64,000 nt of DNA from Gemmatimonadales bacterium (GTDB taxonomy: Bacteria; Gemmatimonadota; Gemmatimonadetes; Gemmatimonadales; GWC2-71-9), in assembly GCA_038321865.1 (NCBI GenBank), contig JBBQFH010000003.1, positions 1-64,000 on the forward strand. The letters run 5' to 3'. The notes under the pieces were generated by a model. It did not search any database. It was not told where the DNA came from and saw only the letters and a program-made list of their open reading frames with translations. The first letter of the stretch is position 1. The number at the start of each line of letters is the position of its first letter. A program made the translations under genes and the position numbers. This document shows, in pieces, positions 40,832 to 52,336 of the stretch.

Positions 40832-43591
40832 ATGCGCCTGCCCAGTCCGCTGCTCGCGATCGCCATTGCGATCATCGCCACATCGCTCGCGCCACGCGCG
40901 CTGTCTGCCCAGGGGTCCGGCCGCCTCATCGGCCGGGTGGTGGACGCGGATCGGGGCGCGCCCATCGCCGGCGCGCAGGTGGATGTCGTCGGCGGCGCGA
41001 CCACCGCGACGGCGGCGGATGGCCGGTATGAATTTCAGGCCGTCCCTGCCGGAACGGCGTCGGTCCGCGTCCGCATGATCGGGTTTTCGCCGAAGGTGGT
41101 CACCGGGATCGAGATCGCGGCGGGCCGCACGGCGGTTCAGGATATCGCGCTCGCGGCCTCCGCGGTGCAGCTGACCGAGGTCGTCGTGACGTCCGCGGCG
41201 GAGCGAGGGTCGGTGGCGCGCGCGATCGACGAGCAGCGCACCGCCTCGGCGATCGTCAACACGGTGAGCGCGGAGCAGATCGCCCGCAGCCCCGACGCGG
41301 ATGCGGCGCAGGCGGTGCAGCGGGTGAGCGGAGTAACGGTGCAGGATGGGCGGTACGTGCTGGTGCGTGGCCTGGGCGAACGCTACACGACCACCTCGCT
41401 GAACGGGTCGCGCATCCCGAGTCCGGAACCCGAGCGCAAGGTGGTTCCGCTCGACCTCTTTCCTTCGGCGCTGCTCGAGGGGATCACGACCTCCAAGACG
41501 TTCACGGTCGACCAGCCCGGAGACTTCAGCGGCGCGCGGGTGGACCTGAAGACGCGCGACTTCCCGACCGGCCGGGCGATTACGATCTCCAGCTCCGCCG
41601 GATTCAACACGGCGGCGACCGGTGCGGAGGTGGTCAAGGCGCCCACGACGGGCGGCGAGTGGCTGGGCCTCTCGTCTTCCAGCAGGCAGCTGCCGCAGAT
41701 CGTCCGCGATGCCGGCGACTTCAGCACCGTCACCGACGCGCAGCAGAACCAGATCGCCGGCTCGTTCCGGAACGCGTGGAATGCCCACCAGGGCAGGGGC
41801 GCGCCGAACGGATCGGCGGGATTATCGGTCGGCGGGCAGGGGTCGTTCCTGGGGAGGGAGCTGGGCTACATCGGCTCGCTTTCCTATTCGACCGCCCAGG
41901 AAGTGCACAAGGATGAGACCAAGGGTCTCGCGACCAACGGCCCGACGCCTGGTACCGCGCTCCCTTTCAATACATATACTGGCTCGAGTGCCCGCAGCAG
42001 CGTGCTCTGGGGCAGCCTGTTCAATCTGAGCACCCGGCTGGGAACCGGCAGCAAGCTCGCCCTCTCCACGACGTACACACGGACGGCCGACAACGACGCG
42101 AGCGATCTTCGCGGTACCAACGAGGAGTTCGCCAGGGACTTCGCGTTCACCCGGCTCACGTACACGGTCCGTAGCGCCCTCTCTTCACAGCTCCACGGCG
42201 AGCATGCGTTGTTCAATGGGCACCGCTTCGACTGGCAGGCGGGCTATGCGCGTGTCACGCGGGACGAACCGGATCGCTCGGATCTCGGCTACATCGCTGA
42301 GACCGATCCGGCGACCGGCCTGCTCGCTCCGGTCGCGTGGTTCGGACAGGCGCGGTTCGCGACCCGCACATTCAGCGCGCTCAGCGAGCATAGCTGGGAG
42401 CTTGGCGGGAGTTATCGTCTCCCGTTCGGCCGAGGGGACGGAGCGCCGGCGCTGAAGGCCGGCGGGCAGCTCCGGACGGTCGGCCGGAACTCGGACACGC
42501 GGGCGTACGACATCGTTAACCGCACGCTGAGCGACAGCGAGCTGCAGCAGGGCGCGGAGACGATCTTCGACGGGGCCTATGCGGCGGCCGGGCGGCTGCT
42601 GGTCCGGCCAAATGCCAATGCCGGGCGCTATACGGCCGATGACAAGGTCGCTGCGGGGTACGCCCAGGTGGAGCTTCCGCTGCTCGACCGCTCGATCACT
42701 GTGACCGCGGGCGCTCGCGTCGAGCGCTGGGCGCTCGATCTCGAGTCGGTCACGTCTGCCGGGACCGTGGTGCCGGTCCGCCGCCGGGTGACCGACCTGC
42801 TGCCGGCCGCCTCGGTCACCGTTCGGCTGACTCCGTCGCAGAATCTCCGCTTCGCCGCCAGCCAGACGCTGTCGCGCCCCGAATACCGCGAGCTCTCCCC
42901 GGTTCCGTATTTCGAGGGCGTGGGCCTCCTCACGACCTTCGGCAATCCCGATCTCCGGCGCGCGCTGATCCAGAATTACGACGTTCGGTGGGAGTGGTAT
43001 CCGCGCGGCGGCGAGGTGATCAGCCTGGGCGCCTTTGCCAAGCGGTTCACCGGCCCGATCGAAAAGGTGATCGTGCCGCAGGCGGGAGCATCCGCTCTAG
43101 GCTTCGTGAACGCGACCACCGCTCGCAACTTCGGGTTGGAGCTCGAGTTCCGGAAAGGGCTCGACATGCTCCTTCCGGCGCTGGCGCCGGTGGAGCTGTT
43201 CGTGAACGCCACGCTGATGCGGAGCCGCATCCAGCCGGGAAGCGCCGTGCTCACCAATGCCGACCGGCCGATGGTCGGCCAGTCTCCCTACGTCATCAAT
43301 CTCGGTCTGAGCTACCTGAGCGGATCGGGCCGGTGGAGCGCCACGGCGCTCTACAACGTGAGCGGCCGCCGGATCCTCGAGGCCGGGGCCGGTGGGCTGC
43401 CCGACTCGTACGAAGCGGCGCGCCACCTGCTCGACCTGTCGCTGCAGGCGCCCGTCGTGAGTGGCCTCTCCGTCAAGTTCGACGCCAAGAATCTGCTGGA
43501 CGCGCCATACCGCCTCACCCAGGGCGATGTGCTGCGCGAACGCTATACCGCCGGCCGCGTATTCAGCGCCGGATTCACGTGGCGCCCGTGA
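40832..43591 (+). CDS. TonB-dependent receptor
   Basis: Carboxypeptidase-like N-domain, plug VRGLGERY, NPDL, KNLLD, C-terminal GFTWRP. Confidence 0.93.
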   Translation: MRLPSPLLAIAIAIIATSLAPRALSAQGSGRLIGRVVDADRGAPIAGAQVDVVGGATTATAADGRYEFQAVPAGTASVRVRMIGFSPKVVTGIEIAAGRTAVQDIALAASAVQLTEVVVTSAAERGSVARAIDEQRTASAIVNTVSAEQIARSPDADAAQAVQRVSGVTVQDGRYVLVRGLGERYTTTSLNGSRIPSPEPERKVVPLDLFPSALLEGITTSKTFTVDQPGDFSGARVDLKTRDFPTGRAITISSSAGFNTAATGAEVVKAPTTGGEWLGLSSSSRQLPQIVRDAGDFSTVTDAQQNQIAGSFRNAWNAHQGRGAPNGSAGLSVGGQGSFLGRELGYIGSLSYSTAQEVHKDETKGLATNGPTPGTALPFNTYTGSSARSSVLWGSLFNLSTRLGTGSKLALSTTYTRTADNDASDLRGTNEEFARDFAFTRLTYTVRSALSSQLHGEHALFNGHRFDWQAGYARVTRDEPDRSDLGYIAETDPATGLLAPVAWFGQARFATRTFSALSEHSWELGGSYRLPFGRGDGAPALKAGGQLRTVGRNSDTRAYDIVNRTLSDSELQQGAETIFDGAYAAAGRLLVRPNANAGRYTADDKVAAGYAQVELPLLDRSITVTAGARVERWALDLESVTSAGTVVPVRRRVTDLLPAASVTVRLTPSQNLRFAASQTLSRPEYRELSPVPYFEGVGLLTTFGNPDLRRALIQNYDVRWEWYPRGGEVISLGAFAKRFTGPIEKVIVPQAGASALGFVNATTARNFGLELEFRKGLDMLLPALAPVELFVNATLMRSRIQPGSAVLTNADRPMVGQSPYVINLGLSYLSGSGRWSATALYNVSGRRILEAGAGGLPDSYEAARHLLDLSLQAPVVSGLSVKFDAKNLLDAPYRLTQGDVLRERYTAGRVFSAGFTWRP

Positions 43592-43635
43592 GACCGCTGT
43601 CACCGAACGCGAACTTCATCCTCCTGAGGGAATCA

Positions 43636-45375
43636 ATGACCCTGTTTCCTGCGACCAAGCGACTGGCTCTTCTGTCCCTCGCGCTCCTGAGCGCCGAGGC
43701 GGCGGGGTGCAGCAGCGACACCGGCAACGGGCCCAGCCCGCTTGCCGCCCCGACGAACGTCACGGTGACCCAGAACTCGCTGACGTCGGTCACGGTCTCC
43801 TGGACCGCCGCGACGGGGGCGACCAGCTACCTCGTCCAGCGCGCGCCGGATGCGGCGCCGACGGCCTTCGTTCAAGTGGGCAGCGGGCTCGTGGCCGCGA
43901 CGAGCATCCAGGACGTCGTCACTTCGGGTGTGACCAACCACTATCGAGTCGGATCGGTGGCCGGCGCCGACACGGTGTTCGCCACCGCCGTGTCATTCGC
44001 GACGGGCGTGAGGGCGGCGACCATCGCCGCCAACGTCGCCGCGAACCGCACCCTCTTTGCCGACACGCTGTACACCCTCAAGGGCTACATCAAGGTGCAG
44101 CCCGGAATCACCCTCACGGTTCAGCCGGGAACGAAGATCGTGGGTGACACGCTGACGGCCGGCAGCTCGCTCTGGATCCTCCGGGGAGCCAAGATCGACG
44201 CGCAGGGCACCGCGGCGTCCCCGATCGTCTTCACGTCCGCGCGCACGGTCGGCAATCGCAAGCCGGGCGACTGGGGCGGGCTCATCATCATCGGCAACGG
44301 CATCATCAACCGTACCGGTGGGTCGATCCTGACAGAAGGCGGTGCGGCGGGCGCGGCCGAGAACTACGCGGGCGGGACAAACAATGCGGACAACAGCGGC
44401 ACGCTCCGCTATGTCCGGATCGAGTTCGCGGGCTACGACATCTCGAACGGCGCCGGCCAGGAGCTCAATTCGCTCTCGAGCTACGCGGTCGGCAGCGGCA
44501 CGAAGTACGAGTTCATCCAGACGATGAGCGGTCTCGACGACTCATTCGAGTACTGGGGCGGCGCCGTGGACGGACGATACCTGATCTCGTACGAATCGGG
44601 TGACGATCACTTCGACTGGACCGAGGGCTACGTCGGCCGCAACCAGTTCCTCATCGCCCTGCAGACGCAGAAGCTCACGCCGGCCGCGGGAGCCGGGGTC
44701 TTCTCCAGCGATCCGCGCGGGTTCGAGGGCGATGGATGCGATCCGGCGGTGACGGGCTGCACCGTGGTCAACGCAGCACCCGGCGCCGGCACGAGCACTC
44801 CGTACTCGATGCCGGTGTGGGCCAATTTCACGGTGATCGGCCCGGGTCAGCTTGGCGGCTTCCCGACCGACGGCAACGGTGCCGTGCTCCGCCGGGGCAC
44901 GGGCGGCACGCTATTCAACGGCATTCTCGCACGCTGGCCCGGCGTCGGCCTGCAGATGCGCGATGCGTTCACCGACTCGCTTCGCCTGCGCGACTCGCTC
45001 AACATCGCGAACATCGTCCTGGCGGAAAATGGTCCGATCGCGACCCCGACCAACTACGACGCGAACGGGCAGGATACCGACCCGGCGCTCAGCGAGGCCA
45101 GCCGCCGCTTTGCGCAGGCCCCGAAGTTCGCGGCGTCCGGGCACCGGATCGGTACCGCCGCTGCGGCCTTGATCGCCAGCTTGAACCCGGCGGCGCTCGA
45201 CTGGACCCCCGCCGGCGTGGCCACCTCCGGGGGCAGCGCCGTCGTGCCCACGCGGCTCGGCGGGCGGGTCGCCGGATTCTTCGGGGGCACGTTCGTGAAC
45301 ACGAGCTACGTCGGGGCCGCGGATCCCGCGGGTCCAAAGTGGTGGCAGGGGTGGACCATCTACGCGATCAACTGA
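43636..45375 (+). CDS. Lipoprotein with FN3 domain and beta-helix-like domain
   Basis: AAGC lipobox, APTNVTV, GDWGGL, SGTLRYVRIEFAG, DDSFEYWGG, DDHFDWTEG. Confidence 0.85.
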   Translation: MTLFPATKRLALLSLALLSAEAAGCSSDTGNGPSPLAAPTNVTVTQNSLTSVTVSWTAATGATSYLVQRAPDAAPTAFVQVGSGLVAATSIQDVVTSGVTNHYRVGSVAGADTVFATAVSFATGVRAATIAANVAANRTLFADTLYTLKGYIKVQPGITLTVQPGTKIVGDTLTAGSSLWILRGAKIDAQGTAASPIVFTSARTVGNRKPGDWGGLIIIGNGIINRTGGSILTEGGAAGAAENYAGGTNNADNSGTLRYVRIEFAGYDISNGAGQELNSLSSYAVGSGTKYEFIQTMSGLDDSFEYWGGAVDGRYLISYESGDDHFDWTEGYVGRNQFLIALQTQKLTPAAGAGVFSSDPRGFEGDGCDPAVTGCTVVNAAPGAGTSTPYSMPVWANFTVIGPGQLGGFPTDGNGAVLRRGTGGTLFNGILARWPGVGLQMRDAFTDSLRLRDSLNIANIVLAENGPIATPTNYDANGQDTDPALSEASRRFAQAPKFAASGHRIGTAAAALIASLNPAALDWTPAGVATSGGSAVVPTRLGGRVAGFFGGTFVNTSYVGAADPAGPKWWQGWTIYAIN

Positions 45376-45433
45376 TCGCACTAACGGAGACCGGCCGGCG
45401 TCGATCTGGCGCCGGCTGCGTCGCATTCGATGG

Positions 45434-46036
45434 ATGACTGAGATGAAGCGCGCCGCCTGGGCCCTGCTCATCCTGACTGCCGGCTGCCGCGGCGCCGGGC
45501 ACCAGCCACGTGTCGAGGCCGGCGCTACGGCGACCGCCACGGTGGCCTCAGCTCGCCTCGACGATCTGGCCAAGTTTCGTGCGGGTTTGCATCCGACCGA
45601 TACCCTCTCAAACGGCGAGCCGACGCGCGACGCCCTGGTCCGCCGGTTCGTGACGGCGGTCGCGGCCGGCGATACACTCGGCCTCCGCCGGCTGGCGCTC
45701 AGCCGCGCCGAGTTCGCCTACGTGTACTATCCGTCGAACCCGCAGGGCTTTCCGCCCTACGATCTGCACGCGAGTCTGATGTGGTTCATGCTGTCACGGC
45801 GGGGTGAGGTGGGCGCGCAGCGGCTGCTCACGGCGCGAGCCGGCCATCCGCTGCGCTTCATCTCGAGCGCGTGCGATTCAATTCCCAGCCGTGAAGGCGA
45901 GAACACCGTCTGGGGGCCCTGCGCGGTGCGGTACGCGCGCGAGCGAGGCGACACGGTCTCGGAACGGCTGTTCGGCCTGATTGTCGAGCGGCGCGGGCGC
46001 TACAAGTTTTTGAGCTATGCGAACAAGCTGGATTGA
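45434..46036 (+). CDS. Hypothetical lipoprotein
   Basis: LTAGC lipobox; co-oriented with the TonB receptor operon. Confidence 0.75.
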   Translation: MTEMKRAAWALLILTAGCRGAGHQPRVEAGATATATVASARLDDLAKFRAGLHPTDTLSNGEPTRDALVRRFVTAVAAGDTLGLRRLALSRAEFAYVYYPSNPQGFPPYDLHASLMWFMLSRRGEVGAQRLLTARAGHPLRFISSACDSIPSREGENTVWGPCAVRYARERGDTVSERLFGLIVERRGRYKFLSYANKLD

Positions 46037-46065
46037 CGCTAACGTGGCGAACGGGAGAATACCGA

Positions 46066-46269
46066 ATGTCGACTAGACCAATCGGTGTCGCGCGCATCGG
46101 ACAGGGCAAGAAGGCACGCGCGGTGGTGATCTGTGAGGACGGGTCGGGATACGTCTATTCGCATCGTGATTACGAGTGGACGGCCATACCGCCAGTTCCA
46201 GGAAGCAGAGCCGCCAGCGAGGTGCGGGAGAGCGATGGCACTTCAACTGCCACTGGCGGACCGCTCTGA
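46066..46269 (+). CDS. Small hypothetical protein
   Basis: GGAG RBS; VVICEDGSGY...WTAIPPVPGS. Confidence 0.45.
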   Translation: MSTRPIGVARIGQGKKARAVVICEDGSGYVYSHRDYEWTAIPPVPGSRAASEVRESDGTSTATGGPL

Positions 46270-46687
46270 GCAGCGGGTGCCCGGAACGTGAGAAGCGTGA
46301 TGCCGGCAAGGTGGAGGATGCGAGTGTAACAACCTGGCCGCCGGGTCTGGCGGCATCCGCCTGGCGCATGCACTTTCGGCGGTCTCGCGGAGTCACCTTG
46401 GCTACGAGGAGCGATCACGTGTTGCGCCGCGGAAGATTATCTCACGAAGGCGGGCCGGTGGTGGCGAATGCCTGGATCGCGCTGGCCGTGTCGCGACACG
46501 GCGGCGCCACATGGTCGGCTGTGGTGCGTGTCCCCGCCACCGCGCGGCTCGCCATTGGAGACCGCATCATGCTCGAGTTCGACGATGGGGAGCATCGAGG
46601 CGGGGCGATCGCCCTCACGCGGCGCGACCGGTCGGAGCAGATGGTGATGATCGAGAGTGGAGCGGCCGAACACCCGTACGGTATCGA

Positions 46688-46819
46688 TCGAATGAGCGCC
46701 GCCACGCGCAACGCGAGTTCCGGCGGGGAGATCGGCTTGATGAGATAGTCGTCGGCACCGAGTGGAATACCCTCGATGCGGTCGGCCTCGTCCCGCCGGG
46801 ACGTGAGCAGGATGACGCA
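46688..46819 (-). pseudogene. Fragment of an OmpR/PhoB-type receiver domain
   Basis: [43 protein letters not shown]; no N-terminal half or DNA-binding domain. Confidence 0.75.
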
Positions 46820-46875
46820 CGAAGCCCTCGCTCTGGCGGTGAGGGCTTCGTCGTTCCGGGAAAGGGCAAGTCGTG

Positions 46876-48348
46876 TTAGGGCGTTGCGCCGGCGAAGAAG
46901 ATCTCCAGGTTGGTTTCCAGTGCGCCGGTCTTCGGGCCGACCCCGGTCCACGTCATGAGAGCCCGGTCCGGGAGCGACACGAGCCCGTTGTAGTCCCCGA
47001 TGAACGGCCGGATGCCGCTGCCGCTGGGCACGCCGTAGAGCGACGGGTCGAAGCCGGCGGTGCTGATGCGCTGCGTCTGCCAGGTGGCTCCGCCATCGCT
47101 GCTCGAGGCCAAGGTGACGTCCACCAGCGTATTGCCGGAGTAGCTCCGGTCGTAGAAGGCCAGATCGAGCCGGCCGCCGCTGGAGATGCCCAGCTCGCCC
47201 TCGAAGCGGTCGCCCGTGCCGGCGAGCGGCGGCAGCATCGTCCAGCTCGACAGGTTGACTGGCTGCCCAGCGGCCGGCGCCGCGGCGTACGCGAGGTACA
47301 CCTTGGCTCGGCCGTCGGCGGCGATGTCGTCCCAGGTGACGTAGAGCCGGTTTCGAGTGGCGTCGAAGGCCGGGACCGGGTACGAGCCGCCCGCGCGGAA
47401 CGGTCCGCCGCTCAGGTTGAAGCAGGAGGGCGGGAAGGCGCAGACCGGGTTGTTGAAGGTCGCCACCTGCGCCGGCGTGCTCCAGCTGGTGCCGCCATCG
47501 CCGGAGCGCGAGGCGTAGATGACGGTGCCCTTGCCGCCCTGGACGCCGGTATCGAACGTGAGGTAGAGGGTGCCGTCCGGCCCGCTCACGATGCGGGCGT
47601 CCTGGTTGTTGCGGACGGGGCCCTGGGTGACGCGGACCGGGGGGGCGAAGCTGTGTCCGCCGTCGCGCGAGACGGCAACGAGCACCGGCGAGTGCGAGCT
47701 GTTGCCGTTGAACTGCACCCACGACACGTAGATGAAGCCGGTGCGCTGATCCACGAAGATCGACTCGTGGTCGGCGAACTGTCCGTTGGAGCCCTTGCTC
47801 TTGCCGTTGCCCTGCCAGTTGGCGACGTGGACCAGCGGGGTGGTGCGTCCGTCGAGCCAGGTGCGTCCGCCGTCGGTAGAGCGGCTGAGCAGGAGGGCGA
47901 TTTCGGTCGGCGAGCCGAAGGTGAAGGCCTGGCAGACGAAGTAGGCGGTGCCGTCGGGGCCGAAGGCGATGGCCGGGTCACCGCCGGCGTCGTAGCTGCC
48001 GGTGCCGGCGACGGCGGGATCGTTGGTGAACTTCGTCACGCCGGGCAAAAACCCGTTGGGGAGGGTGGCCGTCCAGCTCCGGCCGCCGTCGAAGCTGGCG
48101 TTGACGGCGCAGCCGTCGTTGTAGTTCCAGTCGTTGGCGCCGGTGATGAGGTTGGCGGTATTCCGCGGGTTGGCGGCGAGCGGCGTCTCGTTCTGGGCGG
48201 TGGTGTCGTGGCTGACGTTGACCGGGCTGGTGGCCGAGCCGGCGGTGAAGCGGGCGGCGGGGGACTCGCTGGTCGGGGTATCGGAGCAGGCCAGGGCCAG
48301 CGCGGCGAGCGGCAGCAGCGCGGCGGTGCGGGGCAGTCGAAGTGGCAT
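46876..48348 (-). CDS. BNR/Asp-box repeat (sialidase-like) lipoprotein
   Basis: LALAC lipobox; SxDGGxxW/F repeats. Confidence 0.85.
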   Translation of the reverse strand: MPLRLPRTAALLPLAALALACSDTPTSESPAARFTAGSATSPVNVSHDTTAQNETPLAANPRNTANLITGANDWNYNDGCAVNASFDGGRSWTATLPNGFLPGVTKFTNDPAVAGTGSYDAGGDPAIAFGPDGTAYFVCQAFTFGSPTEIALLLSRSTDGGRTWLDGRTTPLVHVANWQGNGKSKGSNGQFADHESIFVDQRTGFIYVSWVQFNGNSSHSPVLVAVSRDGGHSFAPPVRVTQGPVRNNQDARIVSGPDGTLYLTFDTGVQGGKGTVIYASRSGDGGTSWSTPAQVATFNNPVCAFPPSCFNLSGGPFRAGGSYPVPAFDATRNRLYVTWDDIAADGRAKVYLAYAAAPAAGQPVNLSSWTMLPPLAGTGDRFEGELGISSGGRLDLAFYDRSYSGNTLVDVTLASSSDGGATWQTQRISTAGFDPSLYGVPSGSGIRPFIGDYNGLVSLPDRALMTWTGVGPKTGALETNLEIFFAGATP

Positions 48349-48509
48349 CGGGGACTCACGTGGGGAGCGGTGGGAAAGCGGTGTGCGGGCGAGGGGAAAT
48401 ATGCGGGCGGTGCCATGGGTCCGCCAGCATCCGGGATCTGCCGGGAACCGAATCCGGGCGCCGGTGTTCCAGACTGGTTGAGCCGCGTTCCGTCCACTCC
48501 GGAGACCCA

Positions 48510-48887
48510 ATGAGCATGCAGGCGATCCTGGTCGTCGACGACGACAGCACGGTCCGTGGCCTGACGTCGCGCATTCTGGTGGCCGAGGGCTTTGCGGTGG
48601 TGGAGGCGACGAACGGCGCCGAGGCGATCGAGCGGGTGGTGGAGTCGGGCGAGCGGGTGCGTCTGGTGGTGAGTGACGTCATGATGCCGGTGCTGGACGG
48701 GATTGGCCTGCTGGAGCGGCTGTCGGTGTCGCATCCGGAGATCCCGGTGATCCTGATGTCGGGCTACAGCTCGACCGAGCTGCGGGCGCACGGGCTGGCG
48801 GCGCCGTGCGGGGTGCTGCAGAAGCCGTTCGCGGCCGACGAGCTGATCGGGCATGTCCGCCGGTGCCTGGCCGGGGCGCCGGTTTGA
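48510..48887 (+). CDS. Single-domain response regulator
   Basis: ILVVDDD, SDVMMP, MSGY, LQKPF. Confidence 0.92.
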   Translation: MSMQAILVVDDDSTVRGLTSRILVAEGFAVVEATNGAEAIERVVESGERVRLVVSDVMMPVLDGIGLLERLSVSHPEIPVILMSGYSSTELRAHGLAAPCGVLQKPFAADELIGHVRRCLAGAPV

Positions 48888-49067
48888 CGTAGAGCCGGGT
48901 GGGTTGAGCAGGGCAGCGTTCCGCCGTTGACGATTCGTCGTCAGCGGCGGTTTTGCGTGGGGCACGCGGCGCGTGGGCTGGCCGGGTGTGACACAAGTCT
49001 ATTCCTCGCTTCACCCTCTCTTCACGGAGTCCGTCGTAGCTTTGCGACCTACGGCTGGGAGGCCCCA

Positions 49068-49469
49068 ATGCGAGTAGCTGACCTGATGACCCGTGACGTG
49101 ATCGGGATCGACCGCGACGCGACCGTCGCCGAAGCGATCGGCCGGCTGGCCGACGAGCACGTCGGCGCCATCGCCGTCGTCACCGGACGCAACCGGCTGG
49201 TCGGCGTCATCTCGACTGCCGACGTGCTCCGCGCCGAGGCGGACACGACCGACACCGACGCGCGCGACATCCTGTTCGAGCAGACGCGCGTGGCCGAGCT
49301 GATGACCGCACGGGCGCTGACGATCGCGCCCGGGGTCGAGGCGCGGGAGGCGGCGCGCCAGATGCTCTACGCCGACGTCCACCGCCTGTTCGTGGAGGAC
49401 GCCGGGGAGCTGGTCGGCGTCATCTCCCAGTCCGACCTCGTCCGCGCGCTGGCACTGGGCAAGGTCTAG
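49068..49469 (+). CDS. CBS-domain protein
   Basis: MRVADLMT, LVGVISTAD, LVGVISQSD. Confidence 0.9.
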   Translation: MRVADLMTRDVIGIDRDATVAEAIGRLADEHVGAIAVVTGRNRLVGVISTADVLRAEADTTDTDARDILFEQTRVAELMTARALTIAPGVEAREAARQMLYADVHRLFVEDAGELVGVISQSDLVRALALGKV

Positions 49470-49852
49470 CGCCGCCGGATCCGCCAGGGAGGGTCGTATG
49501 ATCGCGGCTCTGCATCAGGCACTCGTTGGGCTGGCCGTCGTCGCCGCCCCCGCGTGACCGGCACCATCGGACGCGACATCGTGATCGTTCGCGGCCATCT
49601 CGAACTACGCAGGGGTTCTGCTTGGCGTCGCCGCGCTCGTCACGCGCGCCTGGCTCCGCCGGCGCGCGCCAGTGGAGCCCGCGCCCGTCGAGCCGGTCCC
49701 GGCGATGGCGTCGCACGATCGGAGGGGTGAAGAAGATCTCACGCGTACTTCACCCTCTCGTCATGGGCAGCGTGACATCATTGGGACGCAGCACGATCAG
49801 GCCGGGCATGCCCGCATCATAGAAGGGCCGCTCAGGCGGCAAAGGAGGGTGC

Positions 49853-50419
49853 ATGCGCACAATGTCATTTGCGGCAGCACTACTCGCGATCGGGGCGACG
49901 ACGCTTCCCGCGCAGTCACCGAGGACGCTCGAGCTCCGGCCGATGGCCGGTGCCACCATTCCGACCGGCGCGCAGCGCGACCTGTTCAAGGATGCGCCGC
50001 TGATCGGATTCGGCGTGGCCATGCAGGTCCATCCCAATCTCCATCTCGTCGGCAGCTTCGGCTGGATGCGGGAGCACACCAGGTACGCCGTCACCCAGAA
50101 TGACGCCAACCGCTATCAGTATGACGCCGGTGTGGAGCTGAGCCTCGAGCGGCCCCTGGGCGCCGCGTGGACGGTCCGCCCGTTCTTCGGCCTGGGCGCG
50201 GGCGCGCGCACGTACAATTTCCAGGCGCAGACGCTCGCCACCCGGACGTGTGCCGCCGGCTACGGCGCGCTCGGCAGCGAGTTCCGCCTTGGTGCGACGG
50301 CGCTCCGGCTGGAGGCGCGTGACAACGTCTTCTGCTACAAGTCTCCGATCATCGGCCAGGACTCGCACACCCGCAACGACCTCACATTTTCGTTTGGGGC
50401 GGCGTATCACCTCTGGTAG
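49853..50419 (+). CDS. Small outer-membrane beta-barrel protein
   Basis: Signal peptide, amphipathic strands, aromatic C-terminus. Confidence 0.75.
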   Translation: MRTMSFAAALLAIGATTLPAQSPRTLELRPMAGATIPTGAQRDLFKDAPLIGFGVAMQVHPNLHLVGSFGWMREHTRYAVTQNDANRYQYDAGVELSLERPLGAAWTVRPFFGLGAGARTYNFQAQTLATRTCAAGYGALGSEFRLGATALRLEARDNVFCYKSPIIGQDSHTRNDLTFSFGAAYHLW

Positions 50420-50527
50420 TTCGACCCGGGGCTGGCGTCGCGACTCAGGTCCGCGGCGCCGGCCCACGGTGGCGGCACACATGGCGGCTGCCGAACGAAT
50501 GAATGACCTGTGAAAGTCTGAGGCGTT

Positions 50528-51199
50528 ATGCGAAACGACAGCATGCTCCGCAGCGACCTTCTCGATGAGCTGAAGTGGGATCCCAGCATCCGGAACGAGG
50601 ATATCGCGATCGCGGTCAAGGATGGCGTCGTGACGCTGGCCGGTACGGTCGACACGTTCATGCAGCGCTATGCGGCCCAGCGAGCCGTCGAGCGCGTGAA
50701 TGGTGTGGCCGGGATCGCCAACGATCTCGCCGTGAAGCTTCCGGGGGCGATGGAGCGCTCCGACTCGGATATCGCGCATGCGGCGGTGAACGCGCTGCGC
50801 TGGGACGTGCAGGTCCCGGACGAGCATGTGAAGGTGAAGGTGACCCAGGGCTGGCTCACGCTCGAGGGCCAGGTCAACTTCTTCTTCCAGAAGGACGCTG
50901 CGGAGCGCGCGGTGCGTTCGCTGGCCGGAGTCAAGTCCGTCAGCAACCTGATCGCCCTGCGCCCGATCGTGACCCCGGCGGACGTGAAGACGCGGATCAC
51001 GAGCGCGTTCGGGCGCCAGGCCAAGCTGGACGCGAGCGAGATCACCGTCGAGACGATCGGATCGAGAGTGATGTTGCACGGGAGCGTACGCTCCCACGCC
51101 GAGCGGTGTGATGCCGAGCGGGCCGCGTGGAATGCACCCGGCGTCATGGTGGTCGAGAACGAGCTGTACGTCAGGTCGCTCGTCCCCGCTCTGCTCTGA
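50528..51199 (+). CDS. BON-domain (OsmY-like) protein
   Basis: Three BON repeats (GVVTLAGTV, GWLTLEGQV, VMLHGSV). Confidence 0.92.
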   Translation: MRNDSMLRSDLLDELKWDPSIRNEDIAIAVKDGVVTLAGTVDTFMQRYAAQRAVERVNGVAGIANDLAVKLPGAMERSDSDIAHAAVNALRWDVQVPDEHVKVKVTQGWLTLEGQVNFFFQKDAAERAVRSLAGVKSVSNLIALRPIVTPADVKTRITSAFGRQAKLDASEITVETIGSRVMLHGSVRSHAERCDAERAAWNAPGVMVVENELYVRSLVPALL

Positions 51200-51340
51200 G
51201 CGGCGGTTGATCTACCGACGCGCCGGGCGCACGTTGCCCGGCGCGTCGGCACGTCCGTCACCTCGATCACGCGCGGGTGTTCCGCGCCGCCGGGCGCCGA
51301 TTTGGTGGGTGCAGTGGGTATGTGTGGTGCAACGTGCGCG

Positions 51341-52336
51341 ATGGCCGATGATCCGGGGTCCGTGCTGCCGGGCCCCTCGCGCCCGCGGCTGGTGGTGCAG
51401 ATCCGCCAGGCGATCCGGGTGCGGCATTACAGCCGGCGGACCGAGGAGGCGTACGTCGCGTGGGTGCGGCGGTACGTGCGCTTTCACGGGATGCGGCATC
51501 CCGCCGAGCTCGACGCGGGCGACGTCGCCCGTTTTCTGACCAACCTGGCTGATCGGGGCCGGGTGAGCGCATCCACCCAGAACCAGGCGCTGAGCGCGCT
51601 GCTCTTCCTCTATAGAGATGTGCTCGGCCGCGATTTTGGGTGGCTCACGACGGTGGTGCGGGCCAAGCGGCCCAAGCGGCTGCCGACGGTGCTCACCCGG
51701 GAGGAGGTGGCGGAGACGCTGCGCCGGCTGCCGGGGACGCGGCGGCTGATGGGCGAGCTGCTGTACGGCAGCGGGCTCCGGCTGCTGGAATGCATGCAGC
51801 TCCGGGTGAAGGACGCCGACTTCGGCGGCCGGCAGCTGATGGTGCGGGGCGGGAAGGGCGGGCGGGACCGGGTGACCCTGCTGCCGGGGGTGGTAGCGGG
51901 GCCGTTGCGCGCGCATCTGGAGGGGGTGGCCGCCCAGCATGCGCGTGATCTGGCGAGCGGGGCGGGGCGGGCGCCGCTGCCGGAGGCGCTGGAGCGGAAG
52001 TATCCCGGCGCGGGGCTCGAGTGGGGCTGGCAGTACGTCTTCCCGGCGACCCGCCTCCGCTGGGACCGGCTTCGGAAGGAATGGACGCGGCACCACCTGC
52101 ACGAGTCGGTGCTCCAGCGGGCGGTGTATCAGGCGGCGCGCGAGGCCGGCATCGCCAAGCGGGTGAGCTGCCACAGCTTCCGCCACAGCTTCGCGACTCA
52201 TCTGCTGGAGGACGGGTACGACATCCGGACGGTGCAGGAGCTGTTGGGCCACAAGGATGTGAGCACCGCGATGATCTACACGCACGTGCTGAACCGGGGG
52301 CCGAAGGCGGTGCAGAGCCCGGTGGACCGGCTGTGA
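51341..52336 (+). CDS. intI: Integron integrase
   Basis: [37 protein letters not shown] (integron-specific insertion), [27 protein letters not shown]. Confidence 0.97.
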   Translation: MADDPGSVLPGPSRPRLVVQIRQAIRVRHYSRRTEEAYVAWVRRYVRFHGMRHPAELDAGDVARFLTNLADRGRVSASTQNQALSALLFLYRDVLGRDFGWLTTVVRAKRPKRLPTVLTREEVAETLRRLPGTRRLMGELLYGSGLRLLECMQLRVKDADFGGRQLMVRGGKGGRDRVTLLPGVVAGPLRAHLEGVAAQHARDLASGAGRAPLPEALERKYPGAGLEWGWQYVFPATRLRWDRLRKEWTRHHLHESVLQRAVYQAAREAGIAKRVSCHSFRHSFATHLLEDGYDIRTVQELLGHKDVSTAMIYTHVLNRGPKAVQSPVDRL

